This document shows positions 8,853 through 18,986 of a stretch of DNA of 64,000 nt, piece after piece. The DNA comes from Clostridiales bacterium (GTDB lineage Bacteria > Bacillota > Clostridia > Peptostreptococcales > NVVX01), in contig JAJOKP010000094.1 in the NCBI GenBank assembly GCA_021129775.1, positions 4,066 through 68,065 of the forward strand. The letters run 5' to 3'. The translations under genes were made by a program, and so were the position numbers. Position 1 is the stretch's first letter. The number at the start of each line of letters is the position of its first letter. Under the pieces are notes generated by a model. That model made no database searches. It was not told the DNA's origin and was given only the letters and a program-made list of their open reading frames with translations.

Positions 8853-9797
8853 TTATTGCACGCTTCCCTCAAAAATACTAATCATAAGCATGCAGTTTTT
8901 CATTGCTATTCCTCCGTTTATTTGGATTAAAATAAATTTTTTAGAATCTATTTGTCTATTTAAATCATTTATGGATAACTCGAATTTTTGTACTACTTCA
9001 TTTGCCTTTTTTTCGTTTAATCTTTGCCTTAATCCACTACCAAGTTCAGCACCTTTAGAGGCTGCTATTTTTGCAAGGTTATACTCGTTTATACTAGATA
9101 ATAAAACACTCTTTCGAAGTTGATATTTGATAGTATATACCTCATGTGGAGTTTTTGCTTTGAAAAAACTGCGATAATTGGCTAAATAATTTGTTAGTTG
9201 ATTTAGAGCAAAAAGATTTTCTATAATTAGCTTATTATTAGAATTAATAGTTAATAAATCGAGTGTTTTTTCAAATTGATCAATAGATAATTTTGTGACA
9301 TTTACCTCATTAAGTTGTGGTTCTAAAACATTCCATTTGTTGTGGATTTCACCTATTTGCTTGTTAATCTCAAACCATACCTCATCTGTATTATTAGGAA
9401 CCTTTATTTTTTTTATAAACTCGCTCTCAATTTCTTCTTTCTTCAGTAGAGGGGTAATGGTTGCTTCGTTTATTATAAGCATTTGGATGTTGACTTTGTC
9501 TTTTGCAGTTGTGTCTTTTTCATCTATTTTTAAGGGTGCTTCGGTATCTTCTGCTATATCTTGTTTAGCCTTATTTTTTTCTTCAATACTCTTTTCAATT
9601 CCGGGGACACTATCAATAATTTGCATGATTTCTAGTACTTGTTTTTCTGTTTCAAGTAACACTTCAGGTAATTTTGGAGGAGTATTCTTCTTTTTTTCCT
9701 GCTCAGAATTTTTATTACTAGGCTTGCAACTAGTTAGAATAAGTAATATTAGTAATAAAATTACACATAATGATTTTGGATAAATTCTTGACTTCAT
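8853..9797 (-). CDS. Hypothetical lipoprotein, helical/coiled-coil rich
   Basis: Signal peptide with lipobox (LLILTSC). Lys/Glu-rich. No family recognised. Confidence 0.6.
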   Translation of the reverse strand: MKSRIYPKSLCVILLLILLILTSCKPSNKNSEQEKKKNTPPKLPEVLLETEKQVLEIMQIIDSVPGIEKSIEEKNKAKQDIAEDTEAPLKIDEKDTTAKDKVNIQMLIINEATITPLLKKEEIESEFIKKIKVPNNTDEVWFEINKQIGEIHNKWNVLEPQLNEVNVTKLSIDQFEKTLDLLTINSNNKLIIENLFALNQLTNYLANYRSFFKAKTPHEVYTIKYQLRKSVLLSSINEYNLAKIAASKGAELGSGLRQRLNEKKANEVVQKFELSINDLNRQIDSKKFILIQINGGIAMKNCMLMISIFEGSVQ

Positions 9798-10123
9798 AGA
9801 ACTACCTTATATAATGAAAGCATAGGGGGATTCATTACATATTTTCCTTTCCAGATTATTTTCTATATAATCTTTATTTGATGTTCTAGATTAGTTTAAC
9901 CACCTCTGCAATATTTTTACCATAATTATAAAAATCATTACATAAAAAGAAAATTATTTTGATATTTATTAGCCACCTAAACCTTGCGCGTTTGTAAAGG
10001 CTCTTGTAGAAGAAAGAAGGCAAACATTATATCGTAAACTAGCAGGAAAAAAGCAATTGTTATAGAAATAAGAAATATAATACTATTGTTAGGAAGCGTA
10101 TAGTAGCAGAAAAGAGGAATATT

Positions 10124-10780
10124 ATGCCTTTATATAGAAAGAAGATAAACATGGTATTAAGCAAAAAAATATTGAAAAAGAGTAAGATTCCTGTTTTAGT
10201 AAATGATGACAACTGGAAAAAAATCACGAGTAAAAACAGCAGTTTGAAATTAAAGTTTCTACGTGAAAAACTTAATAAAGGGATGAAAGAAGAAAACGCT
10301 TATAAAGTAGAACAACAGAATATCAAGAAAGAAAAACAGGTATTACTTAAAGAAATATTGATTTTTTCTGACTTGATTAACACAGGAGAAGATGAAGAAG
10401 CACACGATAAAATTACTTGCAAAATTGATGATAATAAAGAAAAAATTAGTGCGTTAAACAAAAAGCTTGAGAGTGTTTGCCTTAGTTTAGAAAATACGCC
10501 TATGAAAATAGAAAAAATTAATTTGAACCTTTTAATTGAAACAATCAAAATATCATACAAGGCACTAAATGAATCACTTGCTAAGCTTGACAAAACTAAT
10601 CGAGAGGTTAGTAGGATTAGGGGTATTTTAGATGCTTTGAGGGAAGAAAAAGAGATACACGAAAATAATGCAGATTTGTACTATTCATTTTTGCATGGAA
10701 TGCTTGGGCATGAAGAAATGGAACGGTTAGATATTAAGTTGCTACAAGTGTATAATGAAACAAAATCTGATATAGAGTAA
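10124..10780 (+). CDS. Hypothetical coiled-coil protein (start 10124 or 10151)
   Basis: 218-aa ORF directly upstream of acpS, charged heptad-like sequence, no recognised motif. Confidence 0.5.
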   Translation: MPLYRKKINMVLSKKILKKSKIPVLVNDDNWKKITSKNSSLKLKFLREKLNKGMKEENAYKVEQQNIKKEKQVLLKEILIFSDLINTGEDEEAHDKITCKIDDNKEKISALNKKLESVCLSLENTPMKIEKINLNLLIETIKISYKALNESLAKLDKTNREVSRIRGILDALREEKEIHENNADLYYSFLHGMLGHEEMERLDIKLLQVYNETKSDIE

Positions 10781-10795
10781 AGTTGAGGTGAATTG

Positions 10796-11176
10796 ATGAT
10801 TGAAGGCATAGGAATAGACATAGTTGAAGTAAATAGAATCAAAAAAGCGATTGAGAAGAATAAAAGATTTTTGGATCGACTGTTTACTGAACGAGAAATT
10901 TTGCTGTTTAGTGGTAAGGGGTATAGATTCACAACGGTTGCAGGAACATTTGCTGCCAAGGAAGCGGTATTAAAGGCTTTGGGCACAGGACTAAGAGGTA
11001 TAAAATGGAAGGATATTGAAGTGTTGAACGATGAAATCGGGAAGCCATATATCGAATTACATAATAATGCTAGAAACCTTGCATACAGAAAAGGCATAAG
11101 TGAAATATTAATTACTATATCGCACACAAGATACAATGCGGTCGCACAAGCGATAGCAATTTGTTCTAAGGTATAA
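10796..11176 (+). CDS. acpS: Holo-[acyl-carrier-protein] synthase
   Basis: MIEGIGIDIVEV...FAAKEAVLKALGTG...GKPYI...ISHT is collinear with the B. subtilis AcpS I recall. GAGGTG RBS. Confidence 0.9.
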   Translation: MIEGIGIDIVEVNRIKKAIEKNKRFLDRLFTEREILLFSGKGYRFTTVAGTFAAKEAVLKALGTGLRGIKWKDIEVLNDEIGKPYIELHNNARNLAYRKGISEILITISHTRYNAVAQAIAICSKV

Positions 11177-11200
11177 TCTACTAATGAGAAGAGGTTTAAT

Positions 11201-12391
11201 ATGAACAGCGAAGAAAGAGCATTAAAAAAGAAGATGTTAAGGCCTACTTGGGTAGAAATAAGTTTAGACAATTTAAAGCATAATATTAAAGAAGTAAAAA
11301 GAGCTGTAAACGAGAACACATTAGTGTGTGCGGTAATTAAAGCTGATGGATATGGGCATGGTGCAGTTGGTATAGCGCAAACATTACTAGATAACGGAAC
11401 AGATAGATTTGCTGTAGCGACATTATCTGAAGCTATACAACTTAGAAAAGCTTGTTTTGATGTGCCTATTTTGATTTTAGGTTATACTCCAGACGAACAA
11501 GCAGATAAAATACTAGATTATAATTTAGTACAGACAGTCTATTCTGAAGAGCAAGCTAGACATTTTTCAAATGTAGCTAATAAAACGAATAGAATTATGC
11601 AAATACACGTAATAATTGATACGGGCATGTCTAGGCTAGGTTTTCAAGTAACGCAGGAAGGATTGTCTGCTGCGCAAGAAGTATTCAAGCTTACGAATAT
11701 CAGTGTAGAGGGAATGTATACACACTTTGCAGTTGCAGATATGAAAGATAAAATTTTTACATACAAACAATATGATTTATTTCTTGATTTTATTAATAGC
11801 TTAGAAAAAGTAGGAATACATGTCGGAATTAAGCATGTTTCAAACAGTGCGGCAATTATTGATCATCCAGAAATGAATTTGGACATGGTAAGAGCAGGGA
11901 TAATGTTGTATGGGTTGTATCCATCGAAAGAAGTAAATCATGATAAGATAGTATTAAAACCTGTTATGACACTAAAAACGAAAATAGCGCATTCAAAAAA
12001 ACTTCCTGTAGGTAGAGGTGTGAGTTATGGGCTCACATTTACTACAAAAAAAGAAAGTAATATTGTTACACTACCTATAGGCTATGCCGATGGATTTACT
12101 CGAATGCTAACAGATAAGGCTGAGGTCACAATCGAAGGGGTGAAACTACCAGTGGTTGGGAAAATATGTATGGATCAAATGATGGTAGATGCTACAGGTA
12201 TCGAAGTAAAACGAGGGGATGAGGTAATTATATTCGGATGCGACAAAAATAAAGGGAATACTGCTGAGACTTTGGCAGAGAAGCTAGGAACTATAAACTA
12301 CGAAATTGTTTGCATGGTAGGAAGAAGAATCCCTAGAGTCTATATTGAAGAAAATAGTATCATCAGTGTTAGAGATTATATACTAGAGTAG
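11201..12391 (+). CDS. alr: Alanine racemase
   Basis: PLP-lysine motif AVIKADGYGHG, C-terminal YGGxxxR-type region (VSYGLTF), 396 aa. acpS-alr-mazEF synteny as in Bacillus. Confidence 0.9.
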   Translation: MNSEERALKKKMLRPTWVEISLDNLKHNIKEVKRAVNENTLVCAVIKADGYGHGAVGIAQTLLDNGTDRFAVATLSEAIQLRKACFDVPILILGYTPDEQADKILDYNLVQTVYSEEQARHFSNVANKTNRIMQIHVIIDTGMSRLGFQVTQEGLSAAQEVFKLTNISVEGMYTHFAVADMKDKIFTYKQYDLFLDFINSLEKVGIHVGIKHVSNSAAIIDHPEMNLDMVRAGIMLYGLYPSKEVNHDKIVLKPVMTLKTKIAHSKKLPVGRGVSYGLTFTTKKESNIVTLPIGYADGFTRMLTDKAEVTIEGVKLPVVGKICMDQMMVDATGIEVKRGDEVIIFGCDKNKGNTAETLAEKLGTINYEIVCMVGRRIPRVYIEENSIISVRDYILE

Positions 12392-12427
12392 AGTAGAAAA
12401 GGTATTATTTACAAACTGCTAGGCATA

Positions 12428-12457
12428 TTGACATGCATGCAGTGAATAATATATAAT
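12428..12457 (+). promoter_or_regulatory. Promoter candidate TTGACA-18-TATAAT upstream of mazE
   Basis: Consensus hexamers at 12428-12433 and 12452-12457. Confidence 0.4.
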
Positions 12458-12496
12458 TGGGTATGTTAGTTTATCAAATATGTTGGAGGTGCAATA

Positions 12497-12772
12497 ATGG
12501 CAGAATCAAAAAAAATCATGATCAGCTTACCTGATAACCTTCTGAGGGAGATTGATGATATAGTCTCAAATGAAAAAACGAATAGATCTGAGTTTATAAG
12601 AAAAGCAATGAACATGTATATAAGGGAAAAAAGCAAGATAGAAAGAAAAGAAAAAATGAAAAATGGTTATCAAGAAATGGCAACCATTAATTTGTCAATA
12701 GCTGAAACTGGACTAAGTACAGATACTTCCTCTTTAAAAAACTATGAAACAAAGATAGCGGAGTGTGAATGA
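12497..12772 (+). CDS. mazE: Ribbon-helix-helix (CopG-type) antitoxin, MazE/NdoAI-like
   Basis: N-terminal RHH pattern ([16 protein letters not shown]...NRSEFIRKA). Immediately precedes and overlaps the MazF gene. Confidence 0.8.
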   Translation: MAESKKIMISLPDNLLREIDDIVSNEKTNRSEFIRKAMNMYIREKSKIERKEKMKNGYQEMATINLSIAETGLSTDTSSLKNYETKIAECE

Positions 12773-12773
12773 T

Positions 12774-13124
12774 GTGAATGCCAAAAGAGGAGACATATAT
12801 TATGCAGATCTGAGCCCAGTTATAGGATCAGAACAAGGCGGAGTTAGACCTGTGTTAATAGTACAAAACGACATAGGGAATAGGTACAGCCCTACGGTTA
12901 TTGTTGCAGCAATTACTTCGCAAATTAGCAAAGCAAAACTACCTACACATGTAGAGATTTCAGCAAAAGAATATGGACTACCTAAAGATTCAGTAATACT
13001 ATTGGAGCAAATTCGTACAATTGACAAAAAAAGGCTAGAAGAAAAAGCAGGACATATTGATGAAATGATTATGGAAAAAGTTAGAGAAGGGTTATGCGTA
13101 AGCTTTAGTATAGTAGATGTTTAA
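12774..13124 (+). CDS. mazF: MazF/EndoA mRNA interferase toxin (GTG start 12774; the track ORF begins at 12765)
   Basis: [59 protein letters not shown] is near-identical in pattern to B. subtilis EndoA. Confidence 0.9.
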   Translation: MNAKRGDIYYADLSPVIGSEQGGVRPVLIVQNDIGNRYSPTVIVAAITSQISKAKLPTHVEISAKEYGLPKDSVILLEQIRTIDKKRLEEKAGHIDEMIMEKVREGLCVSFSIVDV

Positions 13125-13193
13125 AAGAAGGCTTGAATTTTTGTTTAGGTCTTTTTGCATGAATAATCAGCTGATAAAAAACGGAGGGATACT

Positions 13194-13670
13194 ATGTTTA
13201 AGTATTTTAATAAAAAAACAGTACTATCTGTAATAACATTTTTGTCTTTGTTATTAGTAGTACAAGTTGTTTACGCAATAAGCAGTGAACCTGGCAGCCA
13301 AGGAGATCCACTAGTTACGATGTCTTATGTAGATCAGAGAATGGAGCAAATGCAATTTTATATAGATGAAAAAGTAGCCGGGGCAGAGAGAAATATCACT
13401 GCTTCCACTTTTGAAGTAATTGAAGTGAAAGCAGGGCAGACTTTAATTGCAGGCAAAGGAACAGAATTGATAATAAGAGGTGGTAAAGCTACGGCGATTA
13501 CAAGTGCTTTGGGAGGACTATCAGACATCACTGCGGCTAGAGATATTCAGAGCGGAGAGACTGTTCCTGCAAATCATTTAATAATTGTTCCAAGAGATGA
13601 TGGTAGAGGTATTAAAGCAACGACAGATTTGTTTATAATGATAAAGGGAGTATTTTCTATTGAAAACTAA
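13194..13670 (+). CDS. Hypothetical secreted protein
   Basis: N-terminal signal peptide (LLLVVQVVYA|ISS), 158 aa, no family recognised. Confidence 0.6.
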   Translation: MFKYFNKKTVLSVITFLSLLLVVQVVYAISSEPGSQGDPLVTMSYVDQRMEQMQFYIDEKVAGAERNITASTFEVIEVKAGQTLIAGKGTELIIRGGKATAITSALGGLSDITAARDIQSGETVPANHLIIVPRDDGRGIKATTDLFIMIKGVFSIEN

Positions 13671-13712
13671 CAAAGAAATTAGTGCGAAACACATAAGAAG
13701 GGGGATTTGCAA

Positions 13713-14204
13713 ATGAAAGTGATTGATAGTGAAGGGAAATTGTTTGGGAAAATTAATTGGATTGATTTTGTTGTATTGGTTGTTATATTAGGAATCGGTT
13801 TTTTCGCGTTTAAACAAGGGTTGTTTTTCTCTAATTTGCAGGAGGAAGTAGGAGAAGAAAACGAACTAACGGTGACAGTATTTCTTCCTCAATTAACGGG
13901 ATTTCAAGTTGAAGCTTTGATTAAAGAACCAGGAAGGCTACAGAAAACTGGGAGAAATGCTAAAGTTGACGTAGTGAGTATTGAAATCAATCCCGCGACA
14001 AAAATAGTTGAAACGAGCGAAGGCAAGCTAGTGAATGCAACAGTTCCAGAACGATTTGACGCTTTAGTTGTTTTGCGAGGAACGGGCTCAATTAGAGAAA
14101 ACAAAGTTCTTATTGGTACTATTGAAATAAAGGTGGGGACAGAGTTACGCGTACTAACTAAGCACTTTGAAGGTGTGGGAGTAGTTTTCGGAATACAGGA
14201 TTAG
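13713..14204 (+). CDS. DUF4330-like membrane-anchored protein (paralog of 20185-20667)
   Basis: N-terminal pattern GKLFGKINWIDFVVLVVILGIG followed by a beta-rich domain. Same architecture as the ORF at 20.2 kb. Confidence 0.6.
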   Translation: MKVIDSEGKLFGKINWIDFVVLVVILGIGFFAFKQGLFFSNLQEEVGEENELTVTVFLPQLTGFQVEALIKEPGRLQKTGRNAKVDVVSIEINPATKIVETSEGKLVNATVPERFDALVVLRGTGSIRENKVLIGTIEIKVGTELRVLTKHFEGVGVVFGIQD

Positions 14205-14213
14205 TGAGGGGTT

Positions 14214-15815
14214 ATGATGACAAATAGCAAATTCATTAAGTCAATTACGTTTATCTATTTATTAATTACCGATAGCTATACTGTAAAATTGCTTTCTAAA
14301 TTCAATAAATATATGATGCACTCAGTGAAATGTAGTTTGACCTATCGAACGATTGTAAAAGACTATCGTATGTTTGATATTTGGCGCACAAGCATTACTG
14401 GGAAAGCGATACATAGTATTATTAGTGCATTTTGGGGCGCTAAAAACAAATGCTTAGACTATATTAATGATAGTACTGAGACTAGTTTTTTTTACTCAAT
14501 TTTCTGTGCACCCTATGAATTTTGCAACAAGACACGTTTAAGAGGATATTCTTTTATACTTATAGCTGTGTTGTTTATGCTTTTGGAAATCCACCTAATA
14601 CTACTTTTAGTTGGGTTTGCATACATTTTATACGTTTCCCTATTTAAGACAATAAAAGGGATATACATATTTGCATTTTTATTACCACTTCTAAACCTAA
14701 CACAAATAATATTTTTTGCGTTTATAATATTTATTAGCTTCATAGCAAAAGAAAAAGAAACTAAAACTGTAAAACTTGAGCCTTTTTTTATTCTGTTTTT
14801 CGTTTTTCTTGTTTTGGCTGTCTTGATTTCACCTTTTAAAGTAAGCAGTATGAGAACATTAACGTTGTATATTAGTGGAATGATTTTTGCGTATACGCTT
14901 GTAAATCTCCTGAATACAGATAAGAGGTTAATTAACTTTATGAAAGTTAACGTGAGTGCAGGCTTATTTCAAAGCTTATACGCTATATTACAATATAGAC
15001 TTAGAATTTCAATGGGTGGAACTTGGGTGGACGTAGAGGCGTTTGGGGAAGTCACTACTAGAGCTATGGGCACATTAGGAAACCCGAACGTGCTTGCCAA
15101 ATATCTAGTTCTTGTTGGAGTTATGGCAGTAATTATTGTTTTGACAGAAAAAAAAATATGGGAGCGGTTATTTTATGGGTTTTGCGGAGCTATGATTTTT
15201 ACAGGTCTTATGCTAAGCCTATCCAGAGGCGGTTGGCTTGCGTTTTTATTTGCCATTACTATATTCTTTGTACTAATAGATAAAAGATTATTAATAGCGA
15301 TAGGAACTATGGGAGCACTATCTATTGTTATGCTACCAGATATTGTAATGCGTAGATTTGCATCTATTGTTAATTTAGCAGATTCCTCTAATGCGTATCG
15401 AATTTCTATTTGGATTGGAACTTTAGACTTAGTGAAGTACCATTGGCTGCGTGGGGTAGGACTAGGATTAGAGGCGTTTTCATATCAGTATCAGTTTTTT
15501 GTTTTCGGAAGTGCTTTAGCTGTTCATTCTCATAATTTATTTTTGCAATTAGCGTCAGAAATAGGAGCTTTGGGACTTGTCACTTTTTTTGTGCTTTTGC
15601 TAGCATTGTGGAAATGGGTAATATTAAGCATACCACGGATGCCTCGCAGAAAAAATGTGATTATTACATATGGACTTTTGGCAGCAATGGCAGGACACAT
15701 TTTACACGGGACGGTAGAACACGTATGGTTTGATCCTAGGATATTATTTTTTTTCTGGTTGATTATAGGGTTAATAATAAGTAGCGTGGAAATTGGAGCT
15801 GAAACTAATGATTAA
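14214..15815 (+). CDS. O-antigen ligase/polymerase-like (Wzy_C) polytopic membrane protein
   Basis: 533 aa, >10 TM, SLSRGGWLAF motif and a long periplasmic loop typical of Wzy_C/O-antigen ligase proteins. Confidence 0.7.
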   Translation: MMTNSKFIKSITFIYLLITDSYTVKLLSKFNKYMMHSVKCSLTYRTIVKDYRMFDIWRTSITGKAIHSIISAFWGAKNKCLDYINDSTETSFFYSIFCAPYEFCNKTRLRGYSFILIAVLFMLLEIHLILLLVGFAYILYVSLFKTIKGIYIFAFLLPLLNLTQIIFFAFIIFISFIAKEKETKTVKLEPFFILFFVFLVLAVLISPFKVSSMRTLTLYISGMIFAYTLVNLLNTDKRLINFMKVNVSAGLFQSLYAILQYRLRISMGGTWVDVEAFGEVTTRAMGTLGNPNVLAKYLVLVGVMAVIIVLTEKKIWERLFYGFCGAMIFTGLMLSLSRGGWLAFLFAITIFFVLIDKRLLIAIGTMGALSIVMLPDIVMRRFASIVNLADSSNAYRISIWIGTLDLVKYHWLRGVGLGLEAFSYQYQFFVFGSALAVHSHNLFLQLASEIGALGLVTFFVLLLALWKWVILSIPRMPRRKNVIITYGLLAAMAGHILHGTVEHVWFDPRILFFFWLIIGLIISSVEIGAETND

Positions 15816-16884
15816 AGTTATCCATATTATTTCTGATCACGCTTTCGGTGGTGCGGGACGCTATCTTTTGAATATATTGAAATATAGAAATAAAGAAAAA
15901 TTTGAAGTGAAAGTAATAAGCCATGGAAAGGGGCAGTTGTATCAAAAAATACTCGATGATTCTGATGCTCATGCGTGCTACTTAGCTACAAATATTAAAC
16001 CAACAAGTTTTGATTTAAGACTCTTTGTAAAATTACTTGTTATGCTAAATAAAGAAAAGCCTGACATAGTACATGCTCATGGAAGTTTGGCAGGGCGTTT
16101 AGCTGCAAAGCTAACTGGCTCAAAAATTGTTATGACTAAACATTGGACACAGAGACCCATTAATAAAAGAATTTTAAAATGGACTACATCTGTGCTGAGT
16201 GATAAAACAGTTGCAATTTCAAATGTGGTGGCAGATTCATTAAGGAAGAGTGGAGTTGGAGGCGAAGCAATAGAAGTAATTCACAATGGTGTAGATGTAG
16301 ATTTTTTTGAAAACAACGATGATAGCGAGGTAAATAGTAATTTTGACTGTGCAAATCATATTAAGATTGGAATGGTTGCAAGAATAGAAATAGAAAAAGA
16401 TCATGAAACCTACTTGAGGGCTGCTAAAAAAATCATTGCTGATAATAAGAATGTTAGGTTTTTTGTCATAGGAAAAGGGACAAGAGAGAAGATTATTAAA
16501 GAGATGGCAAAAGAACTAGGTATTGACCATAGCATTGTATTCACGGGTTTTGTTAATAATGTTAAAGAAGTAATTAATAAATTGGATATATGTGTACTGA
16601 CTTCTACTAATGAAGCATTTGGTCTTGTATTAACTGAAGGAATGGTACTTGGGAAACCGATAGTTGCAACTAGTTTAGAAGCAATTACAGAAGTGGTAGG
16701 AGAAGCAGGTCTCTACTTTACACCTCGAAATTCTGATATGCTAGCAGAGAAATTGCAATTGTTGATAGATAACGAAGAGATGCGAAAAAAATTAGGTGGA
16801 ATTGGGAGAGAACGCGTTGTTAAATTGTTTAATGTGAAAACGATGGTGCATAAATTAGAAGAAATGTATGAAGAAATAATGTAG
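15808..16884 (+). CDS. Glycosyltransferase family 4 (GT-B)
   Basis: N-terminal GGAGRY, C-terminal EAFGLVLTEGMVLGKPIVAT (EX7E region). ATG 15808 overlaps the previous stop (ATGATTAA). Confidence 0.8.
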   Translation: MIKVIHIISDHAFGGAGRYLLNILKYRNKEKFEVKVISHGKGQLYQKILDDSDAHACYLATNIKPTSFDLRLFVKLLVMLNKEKPDIVHAHGSLAGRLAAKLTGSKIVMTKHWTQRPINKRILKWTTSVLSDKTVAISNVVADSLRKSGVGGEAIEVIHNGVDVDFFENNDDSEVNSNFDCANHIKIGMVARIEIEKDHETYLRAAKKIIADNKNVRFFVIGKGTREKIIKEMAKELGIDHSIVFTGFVNNVKEVINKLDICVLTSTNEAFGLVLTEGMVLGKPIVATSLEAITEVVGEAGLYFTPRNSDMLAEKLQLLIDNEEMRKKLGGIGRERVVKLFNVKTMVHKLEEMYEEIM

Positions 16885-16899
16885 AGAGAAAGGTTGGAA

Positions 16900-17961
16900 A
16901 TGGCGAATATTAGGAATTACAAACCAAATGATGAAAAAAAAATAGTTGAACTATTCAATGATATATTTCAACAAAATCGTTCTATTGAGCAATGGAAATG
17001 GCAATTTAGAGATAATCCAGCTGGAAACGCCATTATTGCTTTAGCAGAGGATGCAGACGAATTGATAGGACAATGCACATTAATTCCATCGAGAATAGTA
17101 ATTGGACAAAGAGAACTGTTGGGTGGGCAATCAGTTGATGCTATGACCCATAAAGACTATAGAAGAAAAGGGTATTTTGAAAAACTGTCACTTCTGTCAT
17201 ATTGTATTGGAAAAGAGCAAGGAATAGCATTTAGGTACAGTTTCCCAAGCCCACCAACATTAGATGGACTACTTAGCAAAATGGGCGGGACACTAATATG
17301 CAAAACACCAGTGTATATACAAATACACAAAGTTGCTTCTTTCGTGAACTTATTTTGCAATAATATGAAGGTGAGTAATATTGTTGGAGCATTAATTGAG
17401 AAAGCGCTTATAATGATTAAACCTAATAATCTTAAAAGAACAAATATGTATACAATAAGCCAAGTGCGATATTTTGATGAAGAGTTTGATAATTTATGGG
17501 ATAGACATAAAGTAAAATGCGAGAATCTTACTGTAAGAAGTGGCGAGTTTTTGAACTGGAGGATTGCGAATCATCCCTGTGTTACTTACAAAACTTTTAA
17601 AGCTGTTAAAGGCGCATTGCTAGGATATATTATATTAAAAATTGAAACTAAAAAGGTGCGAGGAAAGTACTTATTGAAAGTCGGCACTATTATTGATATG
17701 ATTACTTCTGAGGATGGAGTGGCTGAAGAATTATTAGCAGTTGCTACAGAGCATTTTACATTCGAAGGTGTAGACTTTGTATCTGCGTGGGTTACTGACA
17801 ATTCGTTCTATAAAAATACGTTCAAAAAAGCTGCTTACTTTAGAACAAATAGTAGCATTCCTTTTGTGCTTAAGAAGATTAATAACGGTATTTTTCTGCC
17901 TGCTGATATCTATAAGAAAGAAAAATGGTACTTAATGCCTATTGAATCGGACTCTTACTAA
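16900..17961 (+). CDS. GNAT-family N-acetyltransferase (long form)
   Basis: N-terminal GNAT pattern (IRNYKPNDEKKIVELFN...QSVDAMTHKDYRRKGYF). Confidence 0.65.
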   Translation: MANIRNYKPNDEKKIVELFNDIFQQNRSIEQWKWQFRDNPAGNAIIALAEDADELIGQCTLIPSRIVIGQRELLGGQSVDAMTHKDYRRKGYFEKLSLLSYCIGKEQGIAFRYSFPSPPTLDGLLSKMGGTLICKTPVYIQIHKVASFVNLFCNNMKVSNIVGALIEKALIMIKPNNLKRTNMYTISQVRYFDEEFDNLWDRHKVKCENLTVRSGEFLNWRIANHPCVTYKTFKAVKGALLGYIILKIETKKVRGKYLLKVGTIIDMITSEDGVAEELLAVATEHFTFEGVDFVSAWVTDNSFYKNTFKKAAYFRTNSSIPFVLKKINNGIFLPADIYKKEKWYLMPIESDSY

Positions 17962-17974
17962 GGAGTTGCATGAG

Positions 17975-18883
17975 ATGATTAAGGAAATTGTAAAAAAAAT
18001 AGTTAAATATCCGATAAATATTCTTAATTATTTTGTTGTCTATCTGTACTATCGTTTTGCTAGATTGAATCACATGGTGCAAAACGATATGTTTGAGAGC
18101 GGGGGTAGAAAAATTCTTGTTATTGCCCCTCATGTTGATGACGAAACGATTGGGCTAGGAGCTACGTTAGGTGTTCACGCTAAAGGTGGAGACGAAATAT
18201 ATTGCGTGTATGTTACTGATGGAAGTGCTAGTTTATCTGAAATTTCAAAGAATGAAATAATATCGGAACGCAAAAAAGAAGCTAGGGTAATTCAAGAGTT
18301 GATAGGGATAAAGGAAATATTTTTTTTGGATTTCCCTGATGGCAAAGTAACCCAATCAAATTTATTGCAAGAGAAATTATTAGGAAAATTGAAACATATT
18401 AATCCAGATATCATTTATTCACCTTTTTTAATTGATGCACATAATGACCACGTAGAGACAACGCGTAACTTGTTACATGCTCTGCATCTATGGAAGAATG
18501 ATTTTAAAAATTTGTATATGTATGAAACAAATTGCCCGATACTAGCATGTCTTGTAAACAGCGTTGCAATTTTTTCAAAAGAAGCTTATAATGAAAAAGT
18601 TTTAATGATGAATGAGTTTAAGACACAAAGTGTGATGTTACTTGATGCATTTCTACTGCTGAATAGAATGAAATCACTGTTAGTAAATGACGGCTACTGC
18701 GCTGAAACATTTGTTAAAACTGATGTTGGTACAGCGATGAAAATATCATTTAAACTGGACTATATGGGTTTCTCGCCGCTACAATTTAGGCAGTTGAGCA
18801 ATAGGTATAATCTTTTGTTAGGTTTTCTAACTGGATATGTACGTAAAATTGAATACAGCAAAGAAGTGAAAAAAATGCTATAA
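17975..18883 (+). CDS. PIG-L/LmbE-family deacetylase
   Basis: Motifs VIAPHVDDETIG and DAHNDHV. AAGGAG RBS 9 nt upstream of ATG 17975. Confidence 0.75.
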   Translation: MIKEIVKKIVKYPINILNYFVVYLYYRFARLNHMVQNDMFESGGRKILVIAPHVDDETIGLGATLGVHAKGGDEIYCVYVTDGSASLSEISKNEIISERKKEARVIQELIGIKEIFFLDFPDGKVTQSNLLQEKLLGKLKHINPDIIYSPFLIDAHNDHVETTRNLLHALHLWKNDFKNLYMYETNCPILACLVNSVAIFSKEAYNEKVLMMNEFKTQSVMLLDAFLLLNRMKSLLVNDGYCAETFVKTDVGTAMKISFKLDYMGFSPLQFRQLSNRYNLLLGFLTGYVRKIEYSKEVKKML

Positions 18884-18986
18884 TGACTACGCGATGCGTA
18901 CAAAATTTCATCAAAATCCACCAATTGAATATAATTAAAGATTTTGATATAATAATATGAGTGTCTGAATTAAAGGAGTGGTTTTT

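Noticed and set aside
9295-9783. 162-aa + strand ORF (and 8818-9123 +) overlapping the lipoprotein gene
   Set aside because: It is antisense to the 314-aa lipoprotein ORF, which has a convincing signal peptide and lipobox. The + frames are Ser/Phe/Ile-rich shadows.
10681-11319. 212-aa ORF on the - strand
   Set aside because: It is antisense to acpS and the start of alr, both strongly supported, and has a shadow-ORF composition.
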